Assembly: GCA_002269645.1 (NCBI GenBank)
Contig: NIVC01000129.1
Span: forward strand, 1 to 45,647
DNA length: 45,647 nt
Source of the DNA: Macrostomum lignano
Lineage: Eukaryota
Direction: 5' to 3'
Below the pieces are notes generated by a model. It ran no database searches. It was not told the DNA's origin and saw only the letters and a list, made by a program, of their open reading frames with translations. The translations under genes and the position numbers were made by a program. Shown piece after piece: positions 45,009-45,647 of the stretch (within the stretch, counting starts at the first letter, position 1; the number at the start of each line of letters is the position of its first letter).

Positions 45009-45495
45009 TCATTTTAACCAATGCGCTATTTTACCCTATTAAAGTACTCGTACAATATTTATTCACGTGTCATTTATTTTATTTTATTCAAACTGCTTAA
45101 TTGTACGCTCATATTGATTTTTATGCTCCTACCCCCAATACCGGCATTTCATCTAATCGTATAGTATCGCATATCGCATAGTACTTCGAAATAACAATTT
45201 TTTTATTACAAATATACTGTCGTTTAAAATGAATGGTGGAAAGCCTCTGGGACAAGTTAGAGCTAGGCAAAACAGGGTTTTAAATGTACATCCCTCATAT
45301 GTACAACTACTCATCAATTCTATCAGACTAAGAAAAATAATACTTAAAAGACCAACTTGCATTGCATGACACACAGATTTTTTGGCCTGACGAAGAGCCC
45401 AGAGGCTCGAAACGGTAGCCCATATTAAATTAATTAAGTCTTTTGATTTTTTTAAACACGCCGTGACCTCTCTTCTCTCTCTCTCTACCTCTCTC
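44707..45495 (+). repeat. PLE pseudo-LTR 3
   Basis: Third copy of the direct repeat. Confidence 0.92.
45384..45420 (+). ncRNA. Hammerhead ribozyme, copy 3 (stem III reads ACGGT, one C short)
   Basis: Same motif with GAAACGGTA instead of GAAACCGGTA. Confidence 0.8.

Positions 45496-45647
<152 letters not shown>

Larger units (their letters stand above)
35760..45495 (+). mobile_element. Tandem Penelope-like retroelement (PLE) array: pLTR - ORF1(AlkB) - ORF2(RT, GIY-YIG) - pLTR - 5'-truncated second copy - pLTR
   Basis: RT of PLE type, C-terminal GIY-YIG, three near-identical ~790-bp direct repeats comprising the ORF2 3' end + UTR + hammerhead; copy offset ~4001-4002 bp. Confidence 0.95.

Overview
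Eukaryotic invertebrate genomic DNA. GC3-rich exons with Ala/Gln low-complexity tracts and minisatellite-stuffed introns resemble the flatworm Macrostomum; the species is an inference. Several single-base homopolymer deletions look like long-read errors. Left third: a mosaic of unrelated micro/minisatellites, the first coding exon of a group I metabotropic glutamate receptor (minus, 11852-10900), a hAT-type non-autonomous element and a tRNA/CORE-type SINE. Middle: a multi-exon ANKHD1/ANKRD17 (Mask) orthologue on the minus strand (32863 to 18780), with one expected ankyrin exon missing in a garbled repeat, and three 8-bp-TSD MITEs (two nested) in its AT-rich intron. Right end (35760-45495): a tandem Penelope-like retroelement array flanked by (CT)n. 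It is the most unusual object here. ORF1 carries an intact AlkB-type 2OG-Fe(II) dioxygenase. It ends at U-UUA-AAC-UAG, a canonical -1 ribosomal frameshift heptamer that leads into an ATG-less RT/GIY-YIG ORF2. Each pseudo-LTR carries a minimal hammerhead ribozyme.
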